A DNA stretch of 64,000 nucleotides, taken from a virus. Lineage: Duplodnaviria; Caudoviricetes. Position numbers and translations under genes: made by a program. Of the stretch, positions 47,138-58,208 are shown in pieces. The stretch's first letter is position 1. Each line of letters opens with the position of its first letter. The notes below the pieces were generated by a model. The model was not told where the DNA came from. It saw nothing but the letters and a program-made list of their open reading frames with translations, and did not search any database. The stretch lies in IMG/VR virus record IMGVR_UViG_3300042350_003801, one strand, 5' to 3'.

Positions 47138-49602
47138 AAATTTCTTATATTTTTCAAAAGACAGATTTTGATGGAGGGTTGCAGACTTGGAAATATTCTG
47201 GCTGCAACAAATATGATGCAATAGATAGTGCCCTCCAGACTGGCTGGAGTTATCCTCGCTGGTGGCAGTGGTGGCGGAGGAATGACTGCTATCCCGTCCT
47301 AGAGCCAGTAGAGTTTGAAGAGAATTTTAGTTCCTGTATTCCTTCTACTCAAACACCAATATCAGTAAATGATAGACTACCAGGGCCAGATGATTTTGAT
47401 ATGGATGGGCGGTGCTGGTGGTTTGATTCTTACTATGAAATGTGGAAACTTGATTCAAGATGGACCTATTGTAACGGAGAATTAATGTATACTCACTGGC
47501 TACCTCACTACGCTATTCAAAATCCATCTTCTAATAAAAACAAATGAAACCTGATTATCGCGCTCTGTGTGAAGAACTTATTAAGGCCTGGGATGAACAC
47601 GGTGGCTGTGCAATTCCTTATCACGAGGCTTGCTGGAGTCTAGCTATAGACCGTGTGCGTAAAGTTCTTATTGATAAGGATGCAGCACCAGGAGAAGTAA
47701 AACCGTGAATCTTCCGCCGTGGATTGAGTATAAAAATTGGTTCTTAATCGCTTTGATTTCCGCCAGCGAGAGGCTATATCCAGAAAAATTATTTCAGACA
47801 GTATAGAAAGTAAAGTCGAGTTTCGGGAATACGTTGATCATATAAAAGACTGTATGGTATACGATCTTAGTTCTTATCTATACGGCAGGGTTGTAGATGG
47901 CTTTATTGTTCAGAGACCCGCTTCTTGGTTTGAGTCCTGGAAGGAAAATGCTTACAAACGGGGATATCTAGGTCCGTGGGCAAAGAGCTTATGGCCCGTT
48001 AGTTATGAACGTGAAGAAATTAAAGTTATTGAGGCATTTCCAGACATTATACAGAACGAAAAATATAAGACTGTAGTTATGCGTTATATTGAACCTCATC
48101 CATTTTATTAATATGAACAACAACCGCGTTTTCCAAAAACAACCGATGAAACCTGATTATCGCGCTCTGTGTGAAGAACTTCTCAAACATCTTGAATGGT
48201 ATATTGAAGAAGATGAAACTAATGAAAATGAAGAAAATGCTTATTGGTTAAAGGGTAAGCAAGATGCAATGAAAGTTGTTTCTAAAACTAAGAAAGTATT
48301 TTTGGAGAACCAGTAATGACAACACAAGAAGAAAAAGAATTCCAATACGAATCTGAATGGTTTGGCCCAGAGTGGGACGAGTGGTATAAAGAGCATACTC
48401 CTTATAAACAATATTTAGAAAAAGAATTATTGAGAAAAACGAATGACAACACAAGAAGAGTTTTTTGATTGTCTTATTGATTATATTGATGCTGCTATTG
48501 ATGAAAAAGTTGGCAGTTCTTACTATCCAGAGCACGATATAGCAAAGAAAGAGTGGACTAAGAAAGATTTAAAAGAATCTTTATTAAAATTTTCTACAGA
48601 GTTACCTCACGGAAGCTAAAAATTATGACTAAATTTTCGCCTTTCAACATTGAAGTTCTACTTCATTGTTATTATTCACCTAAAGTACATCCAAGAGAAG
48701 ACACACCAGCAGTGCAAACATCTTATAGATTTTTAGAGTGTTATGGTCTTATTGAATCGCAATGTTATATGATCGGTACTGATACAACAAATTTAAGTAA
48801 ATATAAAACAACTGAAAGAGGAAGAGCGCACATTAAACAATTGTGTAATCTCCCTTTACCAATTTCTGTCTGGGCTGATGGTAATGGTAAACTTATTGAG
48901 TTGAACTGATTATGGATAAATTAGATAGATGGGAGTTCCTATTGCAAAAATGGGACTACAAAAATGGCCCGCCTCCTGGATCTTATTGGTCAAGAGTTGA
49001 AAAAGTTATTAAAAAGAGGCGGAAACAAAAGCAAAAATCTATAGATGATATCAAACTAGAACTTAACGAAAATTTTGACCAGATTGAAAAGAATTATAAA
49101 GAGAAGTGTATTTTATCTAAGGCACGAGCAGACAGAGAGTTTGAATGGTTTTGTAATCAACAAACACGAGATTTTGAAACTGCAAAAACTACTGGGAGGT
49201 TTCCGGTAAGAATAAGTTTAAATTGCGGTGAAAGCCTTACTGGTTCATTTTTAGTGACTTCCGGTACTGGTGCTACTTGGACATACTCACACTTATACAA
49301 TATAAACAAGACTAGTAAATCAAAAGGATATTGGTTGATTAAACCAGAATTGAGAGTCTATTCCGAAAAGAAACCAAACGTTCTGATTCGTCGGTTTGCT
49401 AAACTATTTGATTTTGAGTGGGTCAATGGATGAGCAAACTTTTTGTAAACAATGTGGCTCTGAACTTGACCCAGATTGTTGTTGGTGCGGTAATTTAATT
49501 GAAGGCCATCATTGGTCTGATGGCCATTTTCCAGTCCCTTGGGGCTGCACTTGCTATTATGTTAATCTGAGCGATTCTTTTAATATTGATTTAAAAGATT
49601 AA
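47134..49602 (+). CDS. cluster of hypothetical proteins (47134-47547, 47544-47708, 47737-48111, 48089-48316, 48625-48909, 48912-49433, 49396-49602)
   Basis: ORF track plus one ORF read by eye. Confidence 0.55.
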
Positions 49603-50457
49603 TCATTTACGGTATTTATCAAATAGGTGTTTAAAAAAATTTAAACGATATTTACCACCACCAATAATACATCTTAATAAACCTTTAATACTTTTTTTAG
49701 TTTTATAATCTTCTTCGTTCTGCTTTCTTTCTTCCTGCACTACTTTTTTAGAGCAAAACTTTTCGGTTGTTCTACCCCTCCAATTAAGACCAATTCCTGC
49801 CTCACTTTCAAGATGAATTAATACAATTTCAGGTAGAAGTTCTCTTTTTTCTCTGGGCCATTTTTTGCAATGAAGAACGTCAGTTCTATCTGCAAATCCG
49901 TGTTTATCTGGATATGCAGTTACTCCTGATGCTCCAGGGTTCCAGAGTTGAAAATAACCAATAGGTTCATAACCACCGTGATAAGTTTTATATTCACAGA
50001 CTCTAACTCCAACTGGAAAACGAGTTAGATGCACGAATATCCAGGCATCTTGAATGGGGCTAGGTGAGCTTTCAAATTCCTTCCATTCATCATAACTTGG
50101 ACACATTAATCTATCCGCGCCATAAATCTTACTAGAATCTAAAGGGAGAGCCTCTAAAATAGACCTTGTTTGGGGTGGTAAATAAATATCAGCATCTAGA
50201 TGAACAACCCAACCATCTAAATTTAGATGTTTAAGACCTTCATTAATTCCTTTTCCTTTATTAAACTTGTCTTCATTTTCGTAAAAAGCGTTAGTTTGAA
50301 TGCATTTAACATTGTAATACTCGCAAAGTCTTTTTGTTTCCAGGTCTTCATAATCGGTAACGACTACTAATTGGTCAAATTGATTTTTAGTGCTGGGTAA
50401 AGTATGAGCCAAAAAATCGGAATAATTAACACAAACAATAACTGCTTCTAATTTCAT
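49603..50457 (-). CDS. glycosyltransferase family 2-like protein
   Basis: VIVCVNY.DFL..TLP, FNKGKGIN.GL, HLDADI; start at MKLEAV after GATAAATA. Confidence 0.8.
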   Translation of the reverse strand: MKLEAVIVCVNYSDFLAHTLPSTKNQFDQLVVVTDYEDLETKRLCEYYNVKCIQTNAFYENEDKFNKGKGINEGLKHLNLDGWVVHLDADIYLPPQTRSILEALPLDSSKIYGADRLMCPSYDEWKEFESSPSPIQDAWIFVHLTRFPVGVRVCEYKTYHGGYEPIGYFQLWNPGASGVTAYPDKHGFADRTDVLHCKKWPREKRELLPEIVLIHLESEAGIGLNWRGRTTEKFCSKKVVQEERKQNEEDYKTKKSIKGLLRCIIGGGKYRLNFFKHLFDKYRK

Positions 50458-50491
50458 CTTAATACAACAGACTACAAGATTATTTATCTTA

Positions 50492-51994
50492 ATGTCACTT
50501 CTTAAACGGGTAATACAAGACAATTGGATTGGCAGACAATTTATTAAGATTGCAACAAATGCCAGTCTTAAAACTCAGATTGAACATCAAACATCTTTTC
50601 TTGATGGATATTATCCAAATATAAAACTAAAACAACGGGCATTTGTTCTTCTGAATGATTTAACAGAGGAGCAACTGCCTTATTGTCGTTGTGGTTGCGG
50701 CAGAAGGGCCAGTCTTAATAGAGAACCCGATAAAGGGTTCAGTAAGTATTTTAACGAGGATTGTCACAGAAGAGCACCAAAGATTTCTGATAATGCCCTT
50801 GAAAAACTTTCCAATAAAGATTGGCTATTTGAGCAGAGAATAACGCTCAAGAAAGCCATTGGGACTATTGGAGATGAACTGGGTGTCTCACACGTTTCCG
50901 TTGATAAGTGGTTAAAAAAGCACGGGATTAAACAACTTAAAATTTCAAGAATACGCAATTTAGAAGGTTATAGTGTTATTGATGATAAAGAAAAACTTGT
51001 AAATCTTTACGATTCTGGTTTAACGTGTCAACAAATAGCCGAGCCTTTAAATGTAACAAGGGGCGCTATTGCCAGAACTTTAAAAAGTTATGGGGTTAAA
51101 TTGAGACCCTCAAACTCTTACGAAAGAACTGTTAAGAAAGTCAGTGGAGAAGAGCAAGAACTTATTGATTTTATTGGGGAAATATACAAAGATGAGATTT
51201 TAACTTCTAATCGTTCTGTTCTTAATGGACGAGAACTTGATATTTATCTACCCAAACATAATCTTGCAATTGAATATAATGGCCTCTATAGTCATTCTTA
51301 TAAACCTTGGGAAGAAAGGGAAAGTCTTATTAAGGGACCAAACTACCACTTATCTAAAACCGTTGATTGTGAAAAATTAGGTATTCAACTAATTCACATT
51401 TTTAGCGATGAGTGGAACTACCGGCAGGCAATCGTTAAGTCTATTTTAAAAAGTAAGTTGGGTATCAATGAACGGATTTATGCCCGAAAATGTTCTATTG
51501 TTGAAGTTGATATTGATAGCAAGAATAAATTCTTAAATGATAATCATATTCAAGGTGAAGATAAATCCAGTATTAAACTTGGCCTGGAATATGAAAGAGT
51601 TCTTGTATGTTTAATGACTTTTAATAAGTCAAGATTTAATAAAAAATATGAGTGGGAATTGGTGAGATTTTGTAATACTAGTGGTATTAATGTTGTTGGT
51701 GGGTTTAGTAGATTGTTGTCTTATTTTAGAACTAATTTTGGGGGTTCTATTATTTCTTATGCTGATAGGCGTTATTCTGATGGTGGGGTGTACTTTAAGA
51801 ATGGATTTGAGTTGATACGTGTTAATAAGCCTGGGTATTATTATGTTGATAAGAACTATTTGATTCGTCATAATAGAATGAAGTTTCAGAAGAAACTTAT
51901 CGGAGCTTATGATTGTACTGAGTATGAAAAAGCCAGGGAAATGGGATTCAATAAGATATTTGATTGTGGTAGTTTGAGTTTTGGGGTGAATTAA
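50492..51994 (+). CDS. Hef-like/DUF559 homing endonuclease
   Basis: CRCGCG, HTH-like repeats, ELDIY.P..NLAIEYNG, IHIFSDEW, IYARKC, SYADRRYS.G, IFDCG. Confidence 0.8.
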   Translation: MSLLKRVIQDNWIGRQFIKIATNASLKTQIEHQTSFLDGYYPNIKLKQRAFVLLNDLTEEQLPYCRCGCGRRASLNREPDKGFSKYFNEDCHRRAPKISDNALEKLSNKDWLFEQRITLKKAIGTIGDELGVSHVSVDKWLKKHGIKQLKISRIRNLEGYSVIDDKEKLVNLYDSGLTCQQIAEPLNVTRGAIARTLKSYGVKLRPSNSYERTVKKVSGEEQELIDFIGEIYKDEILTSNRSVLNGRELDIYLPKHNLAIEYNGLYSHSYKPWEERESLIKGPNYHLSKTVDCEKLGIQLIHIFSDEWNYRQAIVKSILKSKLGINERIYARKCSIVEVDIDSKNKFLNDNHIQGEDKSSIKLGLEYERVLVCLMTFNKSRFNKKYEWELVRFCNTSGINVVGGFSRLLSYFRTNFGGSIISYADRRYSDGGVYFKNGFELIRVNKPGYYYVDKNYLIRHNRMKFQKKLIGAYDCTEYEKAREMGFNKIFDCGSLSFGVN

Positions 51995-52755
51995 TCTTCT
52001 ACCTTGAAGACTTTGTAGCCCTTATATTGCCGCAATTTACCGTGTGCAACATTTGTCATATTACCTTGGTCCAGTCCGTTTTCCTTGCAATATTTCGTCA
52101 AATTAATTACAATTTCTTCTTTTCCTTCTGGAGTTATAACTAACCATTTTTTCTGATTGGCCTCTCTAACTCTCTGCTTTTGGAAATCTGTTTGGGGTTT
52201 TCCTAAACGTGCCTGTCTTGTTTTTTCTATTGCTTCTTGTGTACGCTTTTTTCCAGTTTTTGCTTTACTTAATTTTGCCTTTGTTTCTTCTGATAATGGT
52301 TTTCCTTTTTGGGGGTGTACGAACATTTCTGTGGCATACATTTTCTTTTTGGTTTCACTCATTTTCTTTTTAGATTTTTCTGAGTGTTTTTTCCCCCACC
52401 AAGGATGGTTCTCGCCTTTTAATGAAGGTGGCCGCCCTGATTCTAAAATATTTAATAAAATTCCATTTTCATCAAAACCAACTCTTCCATATTTTTTTAT
52501 TTGACTTTCTTCTATTAAGTATGCTTCTTCTTCGTTTAAATTTTCTGCAACTTTTGTGATAATTGGTATATTATTATCGTCAATTAAATTTCTAATATAT
52601 CCATTTAGTCTCTTATTAAAGGCGTATTCTTTTTTGTCAGTCAGGTGTTGTTTACATCTAGAACCACAACCCTTTCCGATGTAAAATATTCTATTTGTGA
52701 TTGGATTTATAATGTGATAAACATAATATTTGGCTTCGTCTTCGTCTGGCTTCAT
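51991..52755 (-). CDS. GIY-YIG (Seg-like) homing endonuclease with NUMOD3 repeats
   Basis: YYVYHI..IFYIGKG..R; GKKHSEKSKKKMSE, SEETKAKLS. Confidence 0.85.
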   Translation of the reverse strand: MKPDEDEAKYYVYHIINPITNRIFYIGKGCGSRCKQHLTDKKEYAFNKRLNGYIRNLIDDNNIPIITKVAENLNEEEAYLIEESQIKKYGRVGFDENGILLNILESGRPPSLKGENHPWWGKKHSEKSKKKMSETKKKMYATEMFVHPQKGKPLSEETKAKLSKAKTGKKRTQEAIEKTRQARLGKPQTDFQKQRVREANQKKWLVITPEGKEEIVINLTKYCKENGLDQGNMTNVAHGKLRQYKGYKVFKVED

Positions 52756-52798
52756 TGTTAAAAATTTAATGTGGCGTACTATATAGGTCTGCCGCCAA

Positions 52799-52826
52799 TA
52801 AAAAAGAGGGCCATTGAGGCCCTCTT
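52799..52826 (-). terminator. gp23 terminator
   Basis: AAGAGGGCC-TCAAT-GGCCCTCTT followed by T tract. Confidence 0.85.
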
Positions 52827-52847
52827 AGGATAAATGTCAGCGTTTGC

Positions 52848-54263
52848 TCACATCAAGTTGGCGACGCGAACCCGGCGGTAGTAACGATTAGAGTTAATCA
52901 GTAGTCTACCTAGACCTTGGTTAGTACCTTCAGCGAAGGGGTTAGCAACTAGACCGTAGCGCGTCTTAAAGCCGATCCTCGGGACAAAATTATCCTGACC
53001 AACGGCGCGAACCATTTGGAGTGGCACATATGGAGCATAAAAAATTCCACAGTCGTAAGGAGAATTGCCCTTATAACCAACCACATAATACTGGTTGGAA
53101 TCTACGTTAGCAGAATAAGGGTCAATATAAACGCGGAACTTACCCATTAGAACACCAGCAAAAGTATTACCGGTATCATCAACGTTAAGGTTAGCGTTTA
53201 GGGCAGGAGTGTAATCAAGTACACCAGCCATAGTTAGCGCAGAGGCTACGTCGGCTGAGCACATAATCACGTTACCCTTCCCACGACGAGTACGCTGAGC
53301 GATAGCGTTAGCATCACGCTCAATCTGGAATAGAAGACCTTTGAACTTCTCAACGGACCAACGGCCATTTGAGTCAACATCAAGGTCAAAAATACCTTGC
53401 GTAGCAACGTTAGTTGCAGCACCCTGTTCAGCCACCTTATAGATGGTGCGGATTACTTCGCAGTTGATTTCAGATAGAATCTCAGTAGAGAGAATATTAG
53501 CAAGTTCGGCTTCGGCACTTAGACCGTGAATAGCCTTAAGGTCTTGAGCAAGTTCAAGAGTGTATTCAGCCTTTAGAGCGCGGCTCTTGGCTTCTACTAG
53601 AACTTTCTCAATAGAGAAGCTCATCTCGTTGAATTGGTCACCGGTAGCATAGCCTAGGGCTTCTGCATCACCAGTTCTCATACCTTGACCGGTCTGATAT
53701 GCGAGTGAAGAAGCAGTACCAACTGGGTTAAGTAGACCAGGGTTAGAACCACTGTTACGATTGTTGGTAGTACCCATACCAACGTTACCATCGGTGAAAC
53801 CGGCATTAACGTTGAAGCCGCTATCTTGGCCAGAGAAGGTGGTGTCTACTTCATCAAAGAAGGTTTCAGCACCGCGCTGGTCAGTATAACGTGAGCGCAT
53901 TGCAAAGATTAGTCCGGTAGGACCAGTCATAGGCTGTACGCCAGCGAGGTCATAGGCAACCAGATTAGGCATTGACCGACGAATCAGTGAGATTAGTACG
54001 GGGTCAAAACCGGCAACTGGGCCGCCAGCAGTGGCGCTGCCGCTGAAACCGCCACTAGTACCGGCAGCATTGCCAATAGTGGGGGCTTCAAATAGCATAC
54101 CACGAGAAAAGTCTTGCTCTTCGCGGAGGTATTTTTCTTGGTTTTCTAGCAGTTGAGCGGTTACTTGTCTGCGGTGAGAATCCTTGATTGGATCAAGGCC
54201 ATCATAGTTGAGAAGGGGTGACCACTTTTCCTGCAATTGTTCCGATGATTCGTTTAGAAACAT
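52848..54263 (-). CDS. 23: major capsid protein gp23
   Basis: EKWSPLL, FDPVLISLIRRSMPNL.AYD.AGVQPM.GPTGLIFAMR, GIFYAPYVPLQ. Confidence 0.98.
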   Translation of the reverse strand: MFLNESSEQLQEKWSPLLNYDGLDPIKDSHRRQVTAQLLENQEKYLREEQDFSRGMLFEAPTIGNAAGTSGGFSGSATAGGPVAGFDPVLISLIRRSMPNLVAYDLAGVQPMTGPTGLIFAMRSRYTDQRGAETFFDEVDTTFSGQDSGFNVNAGFTDGNVGMGTTNNRNSGSNPGLLNPVGTASSLAYQTGQGMRTGDAEALGYATGDQFNEMSFSIEKVLVEAKSRALKAEYTLELAQDLKAIHGLSAEAELANILSTEILSEINCEVIRTIYKVAEQGAATNVATQGIFDLDVDSNGRWSVEKFKGLLFQIERDANAIAQRTRRGKGNVIMCSADVASALTMAGVLDYTPALNANLNVDDTGNTFAGVLMGKFRVYIDPYSANVDSNQYYVVGYKGNSPYDCGIFYAPYVPLQMVRAVGQDNFVPRIGFKTRYGLVANPFAEGTNQGLGRLLINSNRYYRRVRVANLM

Positions 54264-54306
54264 TTGCTTTTACCTTTTGTAGTTTTGAATTTGATTAATG
54301 TTAAAA

Positions 54307-55461
54307 TCAGTTTTTGCGGAACATATCGGCCGCTCTGAGATATTGTGACATTGAATCTGAGACGGACTCAGGTGAATAGTCATAACCTTCAGATAGGGTT
54401 TCCGTTACCACATGCTGGGCTACTCTACGAATTGGGAAATAAGATTCCCTTAGAGTTTCCAACTTACCTCTATAAGTTTGCTCACCTTCAAACTCAACAC
54501 TTTCAGCAAGTGTGGCGAGCTTCTCTTTCTGAGTGGCCGCTAGACCTTCAGATACTTCATCAAGGATTCTATCTGCAACCGACTCGGAGAGTCTTTGGTT
54601 TAGGCGGATATTCTTCTCAATTTGCTCGTTGAGTTTTTCTTCCATTTCATCTAGTTTTTCTACCATGCCTTCCAGCACATCATACTTTTCTTCAGGCATT
54701 TGCACATAATGTTGTTCACAAAGTCCCTTAAGACCTTCCAGGAAGGACTCGGTAACCTTAACTTTAATACCAGTCTCAACTTGGAGACGGTTTTCTTCTA
54801 GCCATTCTTCGGCTACATACTCTAGATAAGCATCTACACGCTCTTCTAGTTCTTCTTTGATCGTTTCTACTTCTTCAAGAAGTGCCTGCTCGTATTGGAC
54901 TTCTAGAGCCTCTTTAAGTTGAGCAGCGCGAGTCTTAAGAGCGGCTTCAAAGATGGTGCGAGCTTTTTCTTGAAACTCTTCAGAAAGTTCTTCACCTTCG
55001 ATTAGAGCATTGACATCTTCATCAACATTGAACTCTTCTTCGTAGACTTCCTCTTCTTCTACTTCGTCTTCACCTTCTTCTAGTTCTTCTACCTCTTCGT
55101 CTTCAAGTTCCTCTTCGGATTCTTCATCTTCTAGAAGTTCTTCATCTTCGTCATCTAGTGATTCTTTTACTGCACCACTAGCAAGATGAGGAGTAGATTC
55201 AGCGGCTTTTGCGCCACGAGTAACTACATCGCTAACTTTAGAAATACGACCAGCTGGGTCTTTAAACTTTGCCGAATCGTCGTCGTTTTTATAGTTTTCT
55301 GGGGTGGGACCACCTAAATCTTCCCAACCCGCAGATTGCCCATCTGGAATACCAGTGGTTAGCTTTGGCATCGGTTCAGCTGGCTTTGCACCACTGTTTA
55401 CTGCAGTTCTTGACTGAGGATTCTTTGCGTCCATTTCTTGTAGATTCTTACCACGAGGCAT
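54307..55461 (-). CDS. 22: prohead core scaffold gp22
   Basis: Acidic; KARTIFEAA, YLEYVAEEW, L.ESVEF. Confidence 0.92.
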   Translation of the reverse strand: MPRGKNLQEMDAKNPQSRTAVNSGAKPAEPMPKLTTGIPDGQSAGWEDLGGPTPENYKNDDDSAKFKDPAGRISKVSDVVTRGAKAAESTPHLASGAVKESLDDEDEELLEDEESEEELEDEEVEELEEGEDEVEEEEVYEEEFNVDEDVNALIEGEELSEEFQEKARTIFEAALKTRAAQLKEALEVQYEQALLEEVETIKEELEERVDAYLEYVAEEWLEENRLQVETGIKVKVTESFLEGLKGLCEQHYVQMPEEKYDVLEGMVEKLDEMEEKLNEQIEKNIRLNQRLSESVADRILDEVSEGLAATQKEKLATLAESVEFEGEQTYRGKLETLRESYFPIRRVAQHVVTETLSEGYDYSPESVSDSMSQYLRAADMFRKN

Positions 55462-55536
55462 TTTAATCTCTCCTTTTGAAACCTTGTAATTTGTTTATTC
55501 TATACTTATTTAGTAAAGTATTGCTTTTCAGCGCAC

Positions 55537-56184
55537 TCAAATACTATTTAGAAAACTATTAAATAGTTCTAGTTTTTTCTCTTCAAGTTGACGAGATTCT
55601 ACTAGTTTGTTAATATTTTTCTTAGTATCTTCAATAAGCCATTCATTTTTGGTCACATCGTAATACCATTCTCTACCTTCCATAATACCTTCTACAAATG
55701 CAGAAGTACAAGAAGGATCGTGAACAATATCGGCAACGGTTGAGAACATAAGGTCATCGCCAACAATATTCACCCCTTCATTAGTTGCTCTTAAAGAACC
55801 AACGGCTCTTGAAGAGACTCCAAAAACGACACCTTCCTCGTGGAGGTTTTTTACAATATTGCCCATTGGGGTATTTGTAATAGATGCTCTACCATAGAAG
55901 CAGTTACCCTTTCTAGTGATAGATTCAATTATGTGTGACACTCTTTCATAGTTAATTGCAGGCGAGGCCGGATGACCAAGTTCTCCTACAGCCCTCTTCT
56001 TATTAACAAAGTTTTCAACATAGAAGTTAATGGCATTATTAAGAGTTTGAATGGGATAAACTCGTCCATTTCTGTTTTTTGTTTCGGCTTCACAAAATAC
56101 CCCTTCAATGTATAGTTTCTTCTTACCGTTTACACTTTCGGTGAGCATTTTCACATTTTGAGCTTCTTCCGTAAAAAGTTTCAT
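55537..56184 (-). CDS. 21: prohead protease gp21
   Basis: LYIEGVF..NRNGRVYP, GELGHP, GVSSRA.GS, D.V.DPS. Confidence 0.95.
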   Translation of the reverse strand: MKLFTEEAQNVKMLTESVNGKKKLYIEGVFCEAETKNRNGRVYPIQTLNNAINFYVENFVNKKRAVGELGHPASPAINYERVSHIIESITRKGNCFYGRASITNTPMGNIVKNLHEEGVVFGVSSRAVGSLRATNEGVNIVGDDLMFSTVADIVHDPSCTSAFVEGIMEGREWYYDVTKNEWLIEDTKKNINKLVESRQLEEKKLELFNSFLNSI

Positions 56185-56217
56185 TAATTGTGCTTATTAG
56201 TATGAATTATTTATTGT

Positions 56218-56571
56218 TCAACAACGTTTGAACTTAAAAAACTTATAAATTCTTACTATTTCCAATGCGCAATAACAAATGTATGCCTTATAGAGTTCAA
56301 TTTTATCTAATTCAATGGAGTTTTTAAAAAAATTTTTATTTCCATCTAAAAAACTATATTTACCTAAATCCGCCATTTCCCATTCATAATCGTGAATGAT
56401 GCTAGAATATGTAATATCATTTGGATGTAGAAACCACCAAAAAGACCTCGGAACGCTTCCAAGGTCTGATTCGTAACCACAAGGAATTACTAAACCTTTT
56501 CTTATTTGCCAATCCTTTAACAGGCGAACCTTATTATTTGGTAATATTTGAAAGACTGGCAGTTCTGACAT
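56218..56571 (-). CDS. DUF1353-like protein
   Basis: IP.GYESDLGSVPR.FW..IIHDY. Confidence 0.7.
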   Translation of the reverse strand: MSELPVFQILPNNKVRLLKDWQIRKGLVIPCGYESDLGSVPRSFWWFLHPNDITYSSIIHDYEWEMADLGKYSFLDGNKNFFKNSIELDKIELYKAYICYCALEIVRIYKFFKFKRC

Positions 56572-57194
56572 TAATCTGGTCTAGGTAAATAATCCGCAAT
56601 AATGTTAATAAACTCCTGGGGGAGATGACAACCTATTGCGAGACTAATTGTATCTTCTACTACGCTAGGATAAACCTCAACAAACCGCATCAGTTCTCTC
56701 CAGACAATTCTAAAACTACCAAAGTCTCCTATTTTAGTCATATAAAATGATGCCGGAAATGCCGATGCAACCAACGGATTTATTTGTGCAGCGGCAACGA
56801 GAAGATTAATAATAGCAGTATTTCTTAAAACAACTTTCTCGAAAAGATCCCATTTGGGTTCTGGAATTGGAGGAGGCTCCGGGGCTGGAGGGGGTCGTCG
56901 TGACTTTAAATATGCAATTTCATCTTCATCCATATCAACGATGTGGAACTTGAGTTCTACGCTATCCCAAATAAACTTTTGAATTTCTGGGTCGTAATCA
57001 AAAAGTTGGGTTGGATCTTCAGGATTTTTAGCAACCGGATATATATAAGGCCCCGTCCATCCTAGTTCATTAATCTGACTGGTATTCAGAATTTTCATAT
57101 CTGTGCGAACTACACCGTTATCAAATCTCCAATAGTCAGGAAGACCTTGTGGAAAATCCCCACCGGGGGGGCTATAAAGTTTGTTATTTTGCAT
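56571..57194 (-). CDS. hypothetical protein, possibly fibre-associated
   Basis: ORF track; Pro-rich linker. Confidence 0.55.
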   Translation of the reverse strand: MQNNKLYSPPGGDFPQGLPDYWRFDNGVVRTDMKILNTSQINELGWTGPYIYPVAKNPEDPTQLFDYDPEIQKFIWDSVELKFHIVDMDEDEIAYLKSRRPPPAPEPPPIPEPKWDLFEKVVLRNTAIINLLVAAAQINPLVASAFPASFYMTKIGDFGSFRIVWRELMRFVEVYPSVVEDTISLAIGCHLPQEFINIIADYLPRPD

Positions 57195-57227
57195 ATTAAT
57201 TTATTTCTTTATGTGACTATTTAGCAA

Positions 57228-58208
57228 TTAAGAATAGCATAAACCTTTACAGGTTTTTTCTGGAGCAAAAGTCGCTAGAGATTTCTTTGTATTTTTCTCT
57301 ATTCTTTCAATAATTTCACCGCAGGCAGTTTCAATTTCTTCTTCTGTGAACTTAACTCTTGGTTCATTCAGACGAGTTGCCAGTTGTGAATCCATTCCAC
57401 AGATTCTCATTGGAGAGGGGTAAAACGGAACATCCCGCTCAATGATATGAAACACATCTGGATAAGAAATATTAACTTTATGGGTTCCAGTAATAAAGAC
57501 TGATGCATCTTGATTTACTGCTCTTGCAATATGCTGACCACAACTATCACAACCGATAAAATAATCTGCTGCCTTAATGACCCCCGCCCATTCTCTTAGA
57601 TTTGGGTCTGGCAATGGAATGAATGTCTTACCATCATAGAAATCTTTTTCTCCCATAAAGATGATGTTGTAATTTTTTGAAAGAATGGATATAATCTGCT
57701 CAAATGACTTATCTGAAAGTGAGCGATAAGTTGGGTCAAAGACACCCATCGGACAACGATTGGCACTTCTACCATAAGGCTGAATAACGATTGTTTTTGA
57801 CTTTTTTTGATGCTCCTTTGCCTGGTAAACAACTTCGTGACCTTTAACAATCTCTAAATCTGAAAGATTTAGAGATAATTCTGGTAGGTCAGAATGGTCG
57901 GTTGTTCCATTGATCTCTTGGTCAAATGCTTCCATCAAAGAGATTTCTTGACGGTAATATGCCGGAATTTTATAAGGTTCTGGCGTGATAATATTTGTGG
58001 CATCCCAGAAATATCTTTCAAATGTTCCTTTTGTTTCAGGATTGAAGGTTCTATTTTGAAGTTCTGAAATGCCCCAGGTCATAAAGTCCCAACCGTGAAC
58101 CATTACATACCATTCTTTGTTTGAGTGAAGTTGATGATATTTTAGTAGGGCCGGAATTGCAGTGATTGCTCTCCCCAATCCTCCGTCAATAATGATAATC
58201 GTGCTCAT
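57228..58208 (-). CDS. GT9 (heptosyltransferase-like) glycosyltransferase
   Basis: DGGLG..I.A.PA, IVIQPYG, FIGCDS..QH.A.A. Confidence 0.7.
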   Translation of the reverse strand: MSTIIIIDGGLGRAITAIPALLKYHQLHSNKEWYVMVHGWDFMTWGISELQNRTFNPETKGTFERYFWDATNIITPEPYKIPAYYRQEISLMEAFDQEINGTTDHSDLPELSLNLSDLEIVKGHEVVYQAKEHQKKSKTIVIQPYGRSANRCPMGVFDPTYRSLSDKSFEQIISILSKNYNIIFMGEKDFYDGKTFIPLPDPNLREWAGVIKAADYFIGCDSCGQHIARAVNQDASVFITGTHKVNISYPDVFHIIERDVPFYPSPMRICGMDSQLATRLNEPRVKFTEEEIETACGEIIERIEKNTKKSLATFAPEKTCKGLCYS

